The notes beneath the pieces are model-generated. The model did not search any database and was not told the origin of the DNA. It saw only the letters and a list, made by a program, of their open reading frames with translations. Position numbers and translations under genes: made by a program. Shown here piece after piece: positions 34,889 to 45,473 of a DNA stretch of 64,000 nucleotides; position 1 is the stretch's first letter; the number at the start of each line of letters is the position of its first letter. This DNA is from a virus (taxonomy: Duplodnaviria > Heunggongvirae > Uroviricota > Caudoviricetes): positions 37,871 through 101,870 of the IMG/VR virus record IMGVR_UViG_3300045988_154997; one strand, given 5' to 3'.

Positions 34889-37800
34889 TTAGTTACGTTG
34901 AGTGTTTGGGTTGAGTGATCCGCCAGGGCGTTTCTCTTGAGCAATAGTCTCAAGCGCGATTGCTTTCATCCGTTGAGCGGCATTGTTCCATATGCTTTCT
35001 GTATCGCCGGATTCAGTTGTGCTACCGTCACTATGGACGTTGATCTCAATTGATACCGGAGAAAGAACATTTCCTCCTCCACTCATACCATCGGTACTGA
35101 GCGTTACAGGGATTGTTCGGCCATCAGGCAATGGAACATACGCCTCATTCATAGAACCTTCCCCAAACAACGCTAATTGAGGCGAGTTAGCAATACCGCC
35201 TTTCTGGTATGCCCGGAGCGGGATCACGCCGTCTTTTCCGAATATTCCTCCATTTGCAAACTTCGGGATTGCAGGAATGCCTTTAGTTCCGTCAGCCACA
35301 CTGCTGGTTGCGGTTTTAGCAGAGCTTGATGTCACGCTGTCGAAACCACCGCCAGCCCAAGCTGAAACAAGACCAGATGCAACCGTTGCTCCAAAACTCA
35401 ACCACTTATTACCAGAGCCGGAAGCATTAGCTCCAAGCATTGCAAACGCGGCAGACAGCGCGCCGGTAACAGAGCTTAGGTTCTGCATCGAGAAGATGGA
35501 GTCCTTCACTGCTTTTGTCTCAGCATCTTTGGCTTCAGTGCTATCAAATAGCCCTGATACCCAGCTACCAATCGCATTTGTTGCAGTGCCAATTGCGCTG
35601 GTGGTCTGCTGTGTTGTTTGCCCCAATCCAGTTACCGAACTGGACGTCTCCTTCGTGGCTTCTCCTACTGACTTGTCGCCGTTAACAGTGTTACCCATTC
35701 GTACACCTTGATTGGCAACGGCGGAAGCAACCCCGGTCAGCAAATTACCACTCTGTGAACTACCAGCTGCGGTGGTTCCCATCCCCAACATGTTCATTAG
35801 AGGCAGCGTGATCTGCGACTTCACGACCATATTGGTGATATCTTTCAAAATGGACTGAGATAGGCTGGAGAAGCTCATCTTCCCGTTAATAACGAAATCA
35901 GTCAGGGCATCAGTTAAGCCACTAAACAAATCAGTCCAGGTGTTTTCGATCTGCTCTGCCAGATTTTCGTATTCCAGTGCCAACTTCTGCGTCGCAGTCC
36001 CCGTCTCTTTAATGAGCGCGGTATTTCCAGCGGCAATAAGTTGATTGATTTTCTTAGTATAAAGCGCCACGACTTTAGGATCAGACGCCTTATCACGAAG
36101 TTCTATCAACGCTTTAAGATTACGGTTGTAGGTGCCTTCGAAATCAGCAACTTTATCTTCGCGAGACGGCGTATAGCCAGCACTAATAATGGAATCCGCC
36201 TCCGGTGCCCAAGTGGAGATCATCTGCTCAACATTGCGGCGATTAAACATCTCGCGATATTCAGGTGTCGCATTTTTGAGGTCTTCAAGACGTTTTTTCG
36301 CCTTGTCGATCATCTCTTGAGTGATGAACTCGTTAGGAACCGCATTAGCCAAATCTGTCAGCGATTTCGTTGTATCGCGAAGAGACTGATCAAACGATAC
36401 CGTAGCCTTAGAGCTTTCACCCATTTGCCCCATAAGCTGATCGGCTTTGTCCAGAGCCTTCTGGTATCCGGCTGCCAGTTTCTGTTGCGCTGCCTGTTCC
36501 TTCTTGGCCGCACGCTGCGAGGCGTTAGCTGATCGTTGGGCTGCTTTCTCGGCAGCTGCTGCATCCTGTTCACGAGCTTTAGTCAGTGCAGCAATGGCTG
36601 CGGCACGCTCTTCATCGCTCATTTTCTCCAGAGAGCTGGCGCTGGATGCTTTCTGCAAATTAAGCTGCGTCTTGAGTTGTTTAGGCCCAATAATCGGCTT
36701 ACCTTCGAAGTCCATCATCGGAGTGCCGTCAGGCAAAGTACGTTGATAAGTCGCAGAATCCATCTGGTTTCGCATATATTGCGCCAGCGCCTTCTGAGCT
36801 GCTTTATCAGTTGTACCTAACCCAAGAACAGTCCCCTGGTTTGACATTACGCCCTTACCAGTTTTGGCCGCGTTATCTCTCTCGAACTCTGCCTGAGTCA
36901 GCTCCTGAGCAACGGCTTCCAAATGCTCCTGATAACCACGAATACTGCCTTGCAGTTTCTGGATCTGCTCGGTATTTCCATCCTTTTTGGCTTTTTCAAG
37001 CTGATCATTAAGAGTCGCGATTTGCTTCTCGGTCGCATTCTTACGAGAAGAAAGTGAATCAACCAGTTTTTGCGCAGGCTCCAGATAGCTTTTGTTTACC
37101 GTTTCACGTAACGGTGCCAATAGCTTGTTCTTTTCGTCATCTGAAAGTGAACCGTCATCATTGATTTTCTGGATCTTATCCAGAGCCTCCTGCCGGGCTT
37201 TCACGAATGTTGCCGCGAAAATCTGGTTTTCCGCTCGAATTTTCTCAATCTGAGATTCGGCAGCCTCTTTAGCCAAACGCTTTGCTACAGCGCCGTCACC
37301 AAGAGCTATCGTGCCGGTTATCTTTTGATACTCTTCCTGATTTTTTTTCAGGCGTGCTTCGATGTCAGCCTTCGACTCTTTGTGAGTAATAACACCGGCA
37401 GAGTTAGATACGTAATTAACGCCCTCACCATTTTTTAATGCTCGTTGATCAGCGAGAATCTGCTTTTCGAGCTTTTCTGCGCGATCGGCCATCTGTGCTC
37501 GTTTGGCCGCTGTCATCGCCTCTGGTATTTTCCTAATCTCGTCAACGACCTTTGAAGTTTCGCTGCGGAGCATGGTCATGTACGTGATTAGGCCAGCAAC
37601 AGCTACAGTGGCAACTGTAAATGCTGCCCCTATAGGGTTTGCTGCAATGAACGCCGTTAATCCCGCAAAAGCGCCTTTAAGCCCCGTAATCGCCCCACGG
37701 ATGGCGAAAATAAGAGAGGGAATCGGAGCCAGCCCCATACGTGCCGCACGATTGAATCGAGTTACTGCTGTAGCACCGAGATTAAATGGAGTCTGTATGG

Positions 37801-39463
37801 CGGTCGCCATCGTGGCAAAGGTGCTAACCATCTGGCTCCCAGCGCCAACTACCCCCATGATCCCTGCTCGCATCAGTTTGAACGCAACCATCGCGGCCAC
37901 GACCTTACCGAGATTAATTACCAGCTCTTGGTTCTTTGCTAACCATTGAGCAAGCTGACGCAACCCATCGATTGCCGTTGTTAACCCCGAACCTAAAGAA
38001 TTGGCAAACGAAATCCCTTCGGCGCTATTCATGATTGAAGCCAGTTCTTTCATCCCCTTCGATAGAGAATCCAGATATCCGGCCTGACCAACCCGATCAG
38101 CAAATAACGTGAATGACGTCTGAAGTTGCGCCAGCGCACCTGTGTAGGTTTGCATCATGTCTTTCGCTGCGTTCTCATTCTCCGCACGCAGACCAACAAA
38201 CATCAGAGACAACGCCTGTTTTGCCTCAACCGTACCGCTGGCAACGGCTTTAGTCAGTTCCCCCATAGTGATGCCTGCGGCGTCTGCCATTGCCTGCATC
38301 GCGTTAGGAACGGCTTCACCTAATTGCTGACGTAGCTCTTCCATTGACACAACGCCCTTACCGGACATCTGCTGAACGGCCACAGCCGCACGTTTCAACA
38401 GCTCACTATCACCACCAAAACGAGCAACGGAGTCCACCAGCGCCTTCAGAGAACCATCGGTTGGATCTAAGCCAGCAGAACGAAACTTCACGAAGGAGTC
38501 TGTTAACGCCTGCATCGCGAACGGCGCATTTTGAGCCATGTCTACGATGTACCTCATATCATCAGCGGCAGCCTGGCCCGGGTTGGACTTCTCCTTATTC
38601 AACCCTCGAAGCATCACCCGCATACGTTCCATTTCGGCCGCAGCTTCAACAATAGGCTTCTGCCACCCAAACATGATGTCAGTAACCGTTCTGGCTGCAT
38701 CTCCGATCTCGCCAAGCAGGAAAATGTTGCCACGAAGGCCAGAGAACATACCTCCTTCGTTACTTTTACCGCTATGGCCAGAAGCGCCGCTACGCCGCCC
38801 GCTACCACCATCGCCACTTCCAGATGTACGAACGCGTACCGGCTTGCTAATCAGTTGCTGACGTCCGATAACTTCGTCCATCTGCTCACGAACCTTTTTC
38901 AGTCCCTCGGCAGCCTGACTCGTTGTGACACCCCAATTACTGAGTCGCTTCGTCGTGGTATTAAGGCGCGTATTCATGCCACTCACGGACGCAGAGGCTT
39001 CTTTGACCTCCGTACCAAAGCGGCTTGCGCTTTTGCTTGCATAGGTCGCCCAATCAGAGAAATCATTTAGCTCTGATTGCACTTTACGTAATGACGCGGT
39101 GAGTTTATCTACTGAAGAAGTTGTCGTATCGACGCGCTCAATCAGGGCTTTAAGACCAGAATTGAGGCTGGTGATGTTGCCACGCATTTTACGCGTAGCA
39201 TCTGAAGCAAGCTCAAAACCGGCAGCTACATCCTGTAGTTTATCTGCCGTAGAATCGAGCTTGCTTTCCAGAACGCCAATGATACGGGCGACCGAACCCA
39301 AAGAGCGTTCAAAGGTTTGGATTTTTTGAGCAGGCTTTGTTACCTGCTCACCAAATCGAGTAAGCAGTTTCCCCGCACGATCGATTGACGCTGTAAACTG
39401 TTTGTCTTCCAGCGACAGGATAAACTCTACGTTTTGTGACATTCCCTTGTCATCCTCTGCCAA
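34889..39463 (-). CDS. H: tail tape measure protein
   Basis: 1524 aa, long helical/coiled-coil central region, hydrophobic Gly-rich segment; position between G-T and M. Confidence 0.85.
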   Translation of the reverse strand: MAEDDKGMSQNVEFILSLEDKQFTASIDRAGKLLTRFGEQVTKPAQKIQTFERSLGSVARIIGVLESKLDSTADKLQDVAAGFELASDATRKMRGNITSLNSGLKALIERVDTTTSSVDKLTASLRKVQSELNDFSDWATYASKSASRFGTEVKEASASVSGMNTRLNTTTKRLSNWGVTTSQAAEGLKKVREQMDEVIGRQQLISKPVRVRTSGSGDGGSGRRSGASGHSGKSNEGGMFSGLRGNIFLLGEIGDAARTVTDIMFGWQKPIVEAAAEMERMRVMLRGLNKEKSNPGQAAADDMRYIVDMAQNAPFAMQALTDSFVKFRSAGLDPTDGSLKALVDSVARFGGDSELLKRAAVAVQQMSGKGVVSMEELRQQLGEAVPNAMQAMADAAGITMGELTKAVASGTVEAKQALSLMFVGLRAENENAAKDMMQTYTGALAQLQTSFTLFADRVGQAGYLDSLSKGMKELASIMNSAEGISFANSLGSGLTTAIDGLRQLAQWLAKNQELVINLGKVVAAMVAFKLMRAGIMGVVGAGSQMVSTFATMATAIQTPFNLGATAVTRFNRAARMGLAPIPSLIFAIRGAITGLKGAFAGLTAFIAANPIGAAFTVATVAVAGLITYMTMLRSETSKVVDEIRKIPEAMTAAKRAQMADRAEKLEKQILADQRALKNGEGVNYVSNSAGVITHKESKADIEARLKKNQEEYQKITGTIALGDGAVAKRLAKEAAESQIEKIRAENQIFAATFVKARQEALDKIQKINDDGSLSDDEKNKLLAPLRETVNKSYLEPAQKLVDSLSSRKNATEKQIATLNDQLEKAKKDGNTEQIQKLQGSIRGYQEHLEAVAQELTQAEFERDNAAKTGKGVMSNQGTVLGLGTTDKAAQKALAQYMRNQMDSATYQRTLPDGTPMMDFEGKPIIGPKQLKTQLNLQKASSASSLEKMSDEERAAAIAALTKAREQDAAAAEKAAQRSANASQRAAKKEQAAQQKLAAGYQKALDKADQLMGQMGESSKATVSFDQSLRDTTKSLTDLANAVPNEFITQEMIDKAKKRLEDLKNATPEYREMFNRRNVEQMISTWAPEADSIISAGYTPSREDKVADFEGTYNRNLKALIELRDKASDPKVVALYTKKINQLIAAGNTALIKETGTATQKLALEYENLAEQIENTWTDLFSGLTDALTDFVINGKMSFSSLSQSILKDITNMVVKSQITLPLMNMLGMGTTAAGSSQSGNLLTGVASAVANQGVRMGNTVNGDKSVGEATKETSSSVTGLGQTTQQTTSAIGTATNAIGSWVSGLFDSTEAKDAETKAVKDSIFSMQNLSSVTGALSAAFAMLGANASGSGNKWLSFGATVASGLVSAWAGGGFDSVTSSSAKTATSSVADGTKGIPAIPKFANGGIFGKDGVIPLRAYQKGGIANSPQLALFGEGSMNEAYVPLPDGRTIPVTLSTDGMSGGGNVLSPVSIEINVHSDGSTTESGDTESIWNNAAQRMKAIALETIAQEKRPGGSLNPNTQRN

Positions 39464-39719
39464 ATATTTGCATCAGTTGCTCTTTGGCGTCAGGGTCTGC
39501 CTTATCCTGGCTTGGATCGTAGACTTTATCTGTTACGACTGGTCTTCCAATCCTGAGTTGCAAACCCTCCATGAACGCCTTCACAGCCTCGCCATCCGCC
39601 TGGGACGCACGAGCGACTTGTAAGTTGCGGACATCCTCTTCCGCACGCAGACGGTCTATATTGCGACTGAGCATCCAGAACATCGTGAGAGGAACGTTCA
39701 GTAGCTCTAATGGCGACAC
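39450..39719 (-). CDS. T: T-frame segment of tail assembly chaperone G-T (reached by -1 frameshift from G)
   Basis: This frame is open upstream to 39836 and sits at -1 relative to G; poly-A slippery stretch GAAAAAG at plus coordinates 39823-39829 (minus strand). Confidence 0.6.
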   Translation of the reverse strand: MSPLELLNVPLTMFWMLSRNIDRLRAEEDVRNLQVARASQADGEAVKAFMEGLQLRIGRPVVTDKVYDPSQDKADPDAKEQLMQIFGRG

Positions 39720-39799
39720 GGCGTAGTGAGCAACTACACGACTGAAATAGAATCCGAGATCTATTGAGACGGTCCTTGTCCCGGATTCATCGCGGGAAA

Positions 39800-40117
39800 T
39801 TACTTTGCCCCTTCGCCAGCCGCTTTTTCGTTTTCTTCATCAATCACTTCCATAGCGAAGGTGAAGATCTGCTGGAGTTGCGGAACAGTCAGTTTTTCAA
39901 GAACTTCGTTAGGTACTGAAGGGATAACCTTACGAACCAGATCTGCATAAGCTGTCACTTGCTCAACAGGAGACATGTTCATGAGATCTTTGCCTTCCAT
40001 CTGCTTGATGGAAACGAACAGACCTACCGTCATTTCAACGATGGGATATTCCTGACCGCCAAATTTGATGCTTTTCTTCGGAGGCAGAATGGAATCTAGA
40101 TCGAGTAATTTGGTCAT
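39800..40117 (-). CDS. G: tail assembly chaperone G
   Basis: 105 aa acidic protein between the major tail and tape measure genes; ends EENEKAAGEGAK. Confidence 0.7.
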   Translation of the reverse strand: MTKLLDLDSILPPKKSIKFGGQEYPIVEMTVGLFVSIKQMEGKDLMNMSPVEQVTAYADLVRKVIPSVPNEVLEKLTVPQLQQIFTFAMEVIDEENEKAAGEGAK

Positions 40118-40172
40118 TGGTTAAAATCCTTTTAAAAGAGAGGCCCATCCTGAGCCTCTGCTTAATTACTGA

Positions 40173-40919
40173 TTAATCTGCGGGGTTAATCGTTACTGAC
40201 TTAGTTGCCTTCTTACCACCGCTATTGCTGGTGAAGGAGATATTTGTAGAACCCTGCGCCACACCACGTACCAGACCCGTTTGATCTACCGTGGCCTTTT
40301 TCTGGTCTTCGGATTCCCAAACACCGGTTTTGTCTGCGGCATCAGCTGGAGTGATTTCGGCTGTCAGTTGCACAGTCTCCCCTGCTTTTACAGTTGGAGA
40401 TTCCGGTTTGATCGACACGGTTTTTACCGGTTTAGGGCCGCTCATTCTTCCCAGAACGCCTTCGTCATCAGGGTATGCGCTGAACTGAACAGAGAACACA
40501 CGAACATCATCAGACTGGTAAGTCATGGTGAAGTTACCTGCGGTCGCAGCTTTCGGGATGGTCAGAACGTAGTCGGTAGTGTCCTGCGGAGTCAGAACCA
40601 GCTCTTTGGCTACGTCGATCAGGTTGACACCCTGTGCGGAAGTGATGGTCACAGCGTTGTCGTCTTCGTTCAGAGTAGACCCCGGCATCAGATCGACCAT
40701 ATTTTTCAACACAGACTCGGCCAGCGGCGCAGTAATGGTAATGTTACGACCCTGCACCAGCTCTGACATAATTGTCTGGCCGTGCTGGTCGACAGTGACT
40801 TTCAGCGTTTCAGTGGCTACTTCAACCTGAACACCACCTTTGGTGTAACCCAAATCCACACCACCAAACGACACCTTACAGGCACCAAGTTTGATGTTTT
40901 TTACATGGGTATTAGACAT
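40173..40919 (-). CDS. V: major tail protein with C-terminal Ig-like (Big_2) domain
   Basis: Start MSNTHVK with AAGGAG 8 nt upstream; C-terminal Big_2-like VKAGETVQLTAEITPADAADKTGVWESEDQKKATVDQTGLVRGVAQG. Confidence 0.75.
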   Translation of the reverse strand: MSNTHVKNIKLGACKVSFGGVDLGYTKGGVQVEVATETLKVTVDQHGQTIMSELVQGRNITITAPLAESVLKNMVDLMPGSTLNEDDNAVTITSAQGVNLIDVAKELVLTPQDTTDYVLTIPKAATAGNFTMTYQSDDVRVFSVQFSAYPDDEGVLGRMSGPKPVKTVSIKPESPTVKAGETVQLTAEITPADAADKTGVWESEDQKKATVDQTGLVRGVAQGSTNISFTSNSGGKKATKSVTINPAD

Positions 40920-40969
40920 TGATGGAAAACTCCTTTTTCCGTTAATTCTACGCATTCATTGCGCTAACA

Positions 40970-40985
40970 GTAAGTATATACTTAC
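40970..40985. promoter_or_regulatory. dispersed motif copy, perfect palindrome GTAAGTATATACTTAC
   Basis: 16-bp perfect palindrome in the U-V intergenic region. Confidence 0.4.
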
Positions 40986-40993
40986 CGATTAAC

Positions 40994-41377
40994 TTAATTC
41001 AATAAATAGCCAGCAAATTCAACAGGAATGCCTGCTTCTATTAATGCTCCATCATTTTTGGGATAAATGATTGGCATCGCCATCGGTCGTACCAGTCGAA
41101 AATAAACACCACCAGATTCCGTTTCCTCTACTGGAAACATCTCAATGATTTTATTGGCTTTCTCAACCGTCGTAGTAATTGACGAACCACGCACAATTAT
41201 TGTGAATGATTCGTGGTAAAAGCCCTGTAGCTCATGATCGATGCTGATACCGGTATTTGGGTTAATAAGCAGGACGCCAGATTTCACATTGGCAGGCAAG
41301 TAGTGACAGAAAATGTCAGTCCCGACCGTGCCAATCTTTGCCTTCTGCATCAAACTTGCAAACGCTTCAATAAACAC
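40994..41377 (-). CDS. tail terminator protein (U-like), by position
   Basis: Probable GTG start at 41377 with GAGAGG upstream, 2 nt after the upstream stop; track start 41500 would overlap the upstream gene. Confidence 0.45.
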   Translation of the reverse strand: MFIEAFASLMQKAKIGTVGTDIFCHYLPANVKSGVLLINPNTGISIDHELQGFYHESFTIIVRGSSITTTVEKANKIIEMFPVEETESGGVYFRLVRPMAMPIIYPKNDGALIEAGIPVEFAGYLLN

Positions 41378-41378
41378 A

Positions 41379-41852
41379 TTAACCTCTCGTAAAACCGGCT
41401 TTTCTGGCAGCCTCAAGAATCGCTTCTGAGAACTGCTTCTCGCTAATTTCCACCGTTCTTTCCAGAAAGTGTGGCCCAACACGAGGTTTAACACCGGCAA
41501 TTGGTGGGTTTGTCACGTTCTTCATTCGAGAAAGATAACCGAGTCGGTATTTACCCAGCTCCATGTACTTAGCATAGTCACCGACTTCTACGCCCGGATG
41601 CCCCTGACGTGGTTTTGCTCCAGACACAGAAAGCTCAATGCGCAGCCCTGAATAACCTTCTTTAATCACCCTGGCAAAGATGGCTGTCTCCAGAGATCCG
41701 GTTTCCAGCGGGGCCATTGCACGGCTGAGACGCTCAACCAAACGCGCCAGCTTTTCCATGTCCCGAATAAGATATCGCTTAAATGCTTTCTGGCTGTTAT
41801 TGAGTCTATTCCCCGCACGTTTGAACTGATGCGCATCGTATTTCAGACCCAT
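41379..41852 (-). CDS. tail completion / head-tail joining protein (Z or HK97 gp10-like), by position
   Basis: 157 aa basic protein in the head-tail connector position. Confidence 0.45.
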   Translation of the reverse strand: MGLKYDAHQFKRAGNRLNNSQKAFKRYLIRDMEKLARLVERLSRAMAPLETGSLETAIFARVIKEGYSGLRIELSVSGAKPRQGHPGVEVGDYAKYMELGKYRLGYLSRMKNVTNPPIAGVKPRVGPHFLERTVEISEKQFSEAILEAARKAGFTRG

Positions 41853-42187
41853 ATATTCGCCCCCACTTCAAGATGCCCAGGTCTTCCTCGTAGCCCCCAG
41901 CGGCGATGAACACTGGACACCTTTAATTTTTGACCTTCAAGGATCAGCACATCATCAAGTTGTACAGCCGCTTCTAAAGGGACAACTAACACAGCATCAA
42001 ACAGCTCCAGACTCGCCTTACCACGACTACCAGAGCTATCAGCACGAACTGACGATTTCTCATTACTCTGTTCGAACTTAACCACGCCGACATTCGTCTT
42101 CCTGACGAATTGTAATTGCGCCTCGCCGTAAACGTTCTTTGCGCCAAAGCGGTAGATCGCAATTTCTGTTTGCCACGAAATATTCAT
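41843..42187 (-). CDS. head-tail adaptor / head closure protein (putative)
   Basis: Track ORF starts at TTG (42283); first ATG at 42187 (MNISWQTEIAIY). Confidence 0.4.
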   Translation of the reverse strand: MNISWQTEIAIYRFGAKNVYGEAQLQFVRKTNVGVVKFEQSNEKSSVRADSSGSRGKASLELFDAVLVVPLEAAVQLDDVLILEGQKLKVSSVHRRWGLRGRPGHLEVGANIWV

Positions 42188-42266
42188 GCTCTCTCTCTGT
42201 TGTTGTCGGTCGCTCTCATTACTGGCCAAAAACCCTTTCGACCAAAAGTAAATAATGCGACTGGCG

Positions 42267-43100
42267 TTACGCACGGCGAACAATCATACGGTTGTTGATG
42301 TAACTGACCAGCAAGCGCCAGGTACTGCGAGCCACATGCACGTTTGCAGCTTTACCGGTACGGTACATGTTGGTTGTTTCACCGATTGACTCTGATAAAA
42401 TGCCATCCTCTCGTGCTGCGGCAACATCATTGCCATTTGCGATCTCACACGCTTCGTTGACAACGGCAAGCATCAACGCTTCTTTGAAGTAGTCAGGGAA
42501 CTCTTCAAACTTCTCCTGCGTCATCTTTTCCCAATCGACTAAATCATGCCGGTACGCTCCATCTGCTCCCCACGGAATGTCATACACATTCAGCATATTT
42601 TGAGGGCGATCGTATCGGTCAAAGTCGATACGTAGAATTTTGCAGATTGAGAACGGTAAAGTTTTAATTCGTCTGGTAGCCTCAATGAGACGCTTGCGCA
42701 TTAAGCCTTCACCATCCGACAGCAAAGTGTCCCCATTCAGCATATCGATCGCCTGCATTTGAGCATCAGCGACAGTTGCAAACGACTGTTCTGGTATCGA
42801 CAGTTCAAAACTATTCAGCAGAACATACATTTGCCGCTCTTCATGCGTCAGACCCGATGCAACAGCCTTCACAATGATGTACCGCAGATCGCGTTCTTTC
42901 TCAGAGAGCTGGTTATATTCAGCCGACACGACAACCGGAATCGACATTTGACCGCTGGTAATTTCTAGCGGCTCGCCATCAACGAGAATAGCCCCGGTGC
43001 TGTCCTTTACTGTGTAGGTAGCAGATTCGATATCCAGCACGTTGAAGGCAAATGAAAGGGAAACAGCTTCACCGCTACGATACGAGTCGATCTGCGCCAT
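42267..43100 (-). CDS. hypothetical virion-module protein
   Basis: 277 aa ORF in the head-tail connector block. Confidence 0.45.
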   Translation of the reverse strand: MAQIDSYRSGEAVSLSFAFNVLDIESATYTVKDSTGAILVDGEPLEITSGQMSIPVVVSAEYNQLSEKERDLRYIIVKAVASGLTHEERQMYVLLNSFELSIPEQSFATVADAQMQAIDMLNGDTLLSDGEGLMRKRLIEATRRIKTLPFSICKILRIDFDRYDRPQNMLNVYDIPWGADGAYRHDLVDWEKMTQEKFEEFPDYFKEALMLAVVNEACEIANGNDVAAAREDGILSESIGETTNMYRTGKAANVHVARSTWRLLVSYINNRMIVRRA

Positions 43101-43534
43101 TACTCACCGCCTTGTGCTTTCAGGATGCCTTCAATCATCTCGACAATTCCTTTCGCTTTGACACCAACCTGATTACCAATCACACGTAGACCGGCAATGC
43201 CTTCATTGTCTGCAATTGACTCCAACTCTTCTCGTGTGAAAGTCTGGATCTGTTTGGCCGGTTCATCTGGTGTCCCACGTTTCATTGGCACAATGTCAGG
43301 TGCTGCTGGCTCGGTAATCAGGTCTGCGGTCAACTCGCCACGATCACTGTATGCGGCAGACGGAGAAACATTTTTGCCCTCGACTGTTGATGCTCGCATT
43401 GAGGCACAAATCCTTTGCTGATCGATAAAAGGCAACTCCGCTACGGACACCCCGTTCTCGAACTGAACGCCGCACAACATTCCCGAATAACCGGAAAATT
43501 GCGGTTCTAATAAAACAATTTTTGCTGGTTTCAT
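43100..43534 (-). CDS. hypothetical virion-module protein
   Basis: 144 aa ORF, start overlaps the downstream gene. Confidence 0.45.
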   Translation of the reverse strand: MKPAKIVLLEPQFSGYSGMLCGVQFENGVSVAELPFIDQQRICASMRASTVEGKNVSPSAAYSDRGELTADLITEPAAPDIVPMKRGTPDEPAKQIQTFTREELESIADNEGIAGLRVIGNQVGVKAKGIVEMIEGILKAQGGE

Positions 43535-43578
43535 AACGCATTCTCTCTACATGGGCGGCTTTCGCCGCCCAATATTGA

Positions 43579-44499
43579 TTATTCCTGTGCAGCAGTGACT
43601 TCTACGGTCGCTGTCGCTTTGTGGCTACCATCTTGGGTAGTAACCTCGATTGTGGCAGTACCAGCCGCAACGCCAGTTACAACACCGGTTTCGCTATCCA
43701 CCGTTGCAAACTCGGTATTTTTGGATTCCCAAGTAACGGTTTTATTTGTTGCTCCTGCCGGCTCGACATTTGCGGTCAGCTGAACAGTTTTGTTTGCCTC
43801 AACGGTTGTGCTATTTGGGTCGATTTCGACGCCGGTAACAGCCACAACAGGCGCAGTTACTTCCACCGTTGCAGTTGCCTTTTTGCTGCCATCTTGGGAA
43901 ACGATCTCAATCGTCGCAGTGCCAACTTCTACACCAGTAACGTTCCCGCTCTGGTCTACCGTTGCCTTATCTTCATTTTTGGAAGACCAGGTAACAGCCT
44001 TATTCGTCGCATTTGACGGCTGAACATTCGCTTTCAGACTGACTGATTTCCCTTTCTCAACAGACGTTGATTCTGGCGTTACCGTTACGGATTGAACGGC
44101 TACCGGATTTACGGTGACTTCCACTGAAGCGGAAAGCTGGGTTTCCTGATCAGTTGCAGTAATTTTTACTTTGCCTGGTGCTGCGCCAGTTACTAATCCA
44201 GTGCCGTTAACGGTTGCAATTTGGTCATTGGCTGACTTCCAGGTGAATGAACTGGCACTCTTACCCATACTAATACCTGCACTAAGTTGAACAGTTTTCC
44301 CAACCAAAACTGACGGTGAAGCCGGGGTTATGTTTACGGATTGGGAGAGGGGAACCGCCTGCAAACAAGCAGATAGCTGACTTTGTTGCCGCTCGGTTAA
44401 AGGTTCATCGGAGATAGAATTGGTAAATCCGGCACGGCACATATGCCCCGTAAAATCCGAAAATGCCTCTTCCGTAATCTTCATCTTTTGTTCTGGCAT
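43579..44499 (-). CDS. Ig-like (3x Big_2) capsid decoration protein (putative)
   Basis: Three tandem ~85-aa Big_2-like repeats (VxLxAxVxPxxATNKxVTWxSxNxxxATVDxxGxVTGVxxGTATI); directly downstream of the major capsid gene. Confidence 0.6.
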   Translation of the reverse strand: MPEQKMKITEEAFSDFTGHMCRAGFTNSISDEPLTERQQSQLSACLQAVPLSQSVNITPASPSVLVGKTVQLSAGISMGKSASSFTWKSANDQIATVNGTGLVTGAAPGKVKITATDQETQLSASVEVTVNPVAVQSVTVTPESTSVEKGKSVSLKANVQPSNATNKAVTWSSKNEDKATVDQSGNVTGVEVGTATIEIVSQDGSKKATATVEVTAPVVAVTGVEIDPNSTTVEANKTVQLTANVEPAGATNKTVTWESKNTEFATVDSETGVVTGVAAGTATIEVTTQDGSHKATATVEVTAAQE

Positions 44500-44572
44500 T
44501 TCTCGCTCCTACAAAAAGGGTGGGCGTATAGCCCACCCTTTAACATAGATAACTACCTATCTACCACACTGA

Positions 44573-45448
44573 TTAAATTTTTACATTGGTCAGTGCAGCG
44601 ATAGCCTTATCGTGCTTATTCGCCAGAGAGCAGTACCACTTCACACGGGTACGTACTGCGTCTTTGTTCTGTACAGTACCAATGTTTTCAACAACGATAC
44701 CTGCGTTGTCGCCGCCATACAGACCAGTAACGCCGTTCTCTTCTGACAGATGCAGGCAGTAGATGCTTGCTTTGCCAGCATCGGTCGGGATGAAGTCGTT
44801 GATGATGAACGGAACGCCGTTATGACACAGCATCGGACGACCGAAGTTCTCCATCATGATTTCAGACGGACCTACGTTTACTGTACGCAGCAGCGCACGG
44901 TAAGCACGCAGGTGCTCTGAACGCATCATGATGCAGTCAGCACCAAGATCTTTCACCGCATCGACCAGTTCGTCGAACATAGAGAAAGTCATAGATGCAC
45001 CGGCGATATCGATCTTCTGATCTGCGTGCATCAGGCGTGGAATGCCGTCAAACGCCTTGTTGTTGGAGCTGGAGTCACCCAAAATCAGGTTGCGACGGAA
45101 CGCACGAGCCAGACCTTTAACTTTCTGACGAACCTGAATAGCCAACTGGTTGTTGGTGTCGGCCATAGTGGTCGCCAGGAATTTATCAACGTCTACGTCA
45201 CCAGCCAGAATACGCAGTTTCGCAACGCATTCTTCGAAGGTTGCTGCACCTTCAGGGATGGTGTCGTTAACGTCGATGAAGGTAGCTTCACTCAGCGTTT
45301 TTTCACGGTTGTACAGATATGCCTTTGAATTAATTTTCATAAAAGGCAGGATGGCAAACAGGTCATCGCGATCGATGATAGTTTCGATCACACCCTGTTC
45401 AAGTTCGTTGTTAGACAGCTTTTCAGCTTCTTCACGCAGTAGTGGCAT
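44573..45448 (-). CDS. major capsid protein
   Basis: 291 aa, located after the scaffold gene and before the decoration gene; call rests on gene order and size only. Confidence 0.75.
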   Translation of the reverse strand: MPLLREEAEKLSNNELEQGVIETIIDRDDLFAILPFMKINSKAYLYNREKTLSEATFIDVNDTIPEGAATFEECVAKLRILAGDVDVDKFLATTMADTNNQLAIQVRQKVKGLARAFRRNLILGDSSSNNKAFDGIPRLMHADQKIDIAGASMTFSMFDELVDAVKDLGADCIMMRSEHLRAYRALLRTVNVGPSEIMMENFGRPMLCHNGVPFIINDFIPTDAGKASIYCLHLSEENGVTGLYGGDNAGIVVENIGTVQNKDAVRTRVKWYCSLANKHDKAIAALTNVKI

Positions 45449-45473
45449 CTATCAATTCCCTTTGATTTAGATG

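Noticed and set aside
34983-39070. Many short ORFs inside and antisense to the tape measure gene (e.g. 35277..35711, 36041..36532, 37503..37949, 38531..39070)
   Set aside because: All lie within the long, well-supported tape measure ORF; they are typical antisense artefacts of a large gene with biased composition.
18004-42283. N-terminal extensions of several track ORFs that begin at TTG or GTG (e.g. 18004, 42283, 41500, 59800, 1935)
   Set aside because: The extensions overlap upstream genes or lack an RBS; downstream ATG or GTG starts with Shine-Dalgarno-like sequences were preferred. Start positions remain approximate.
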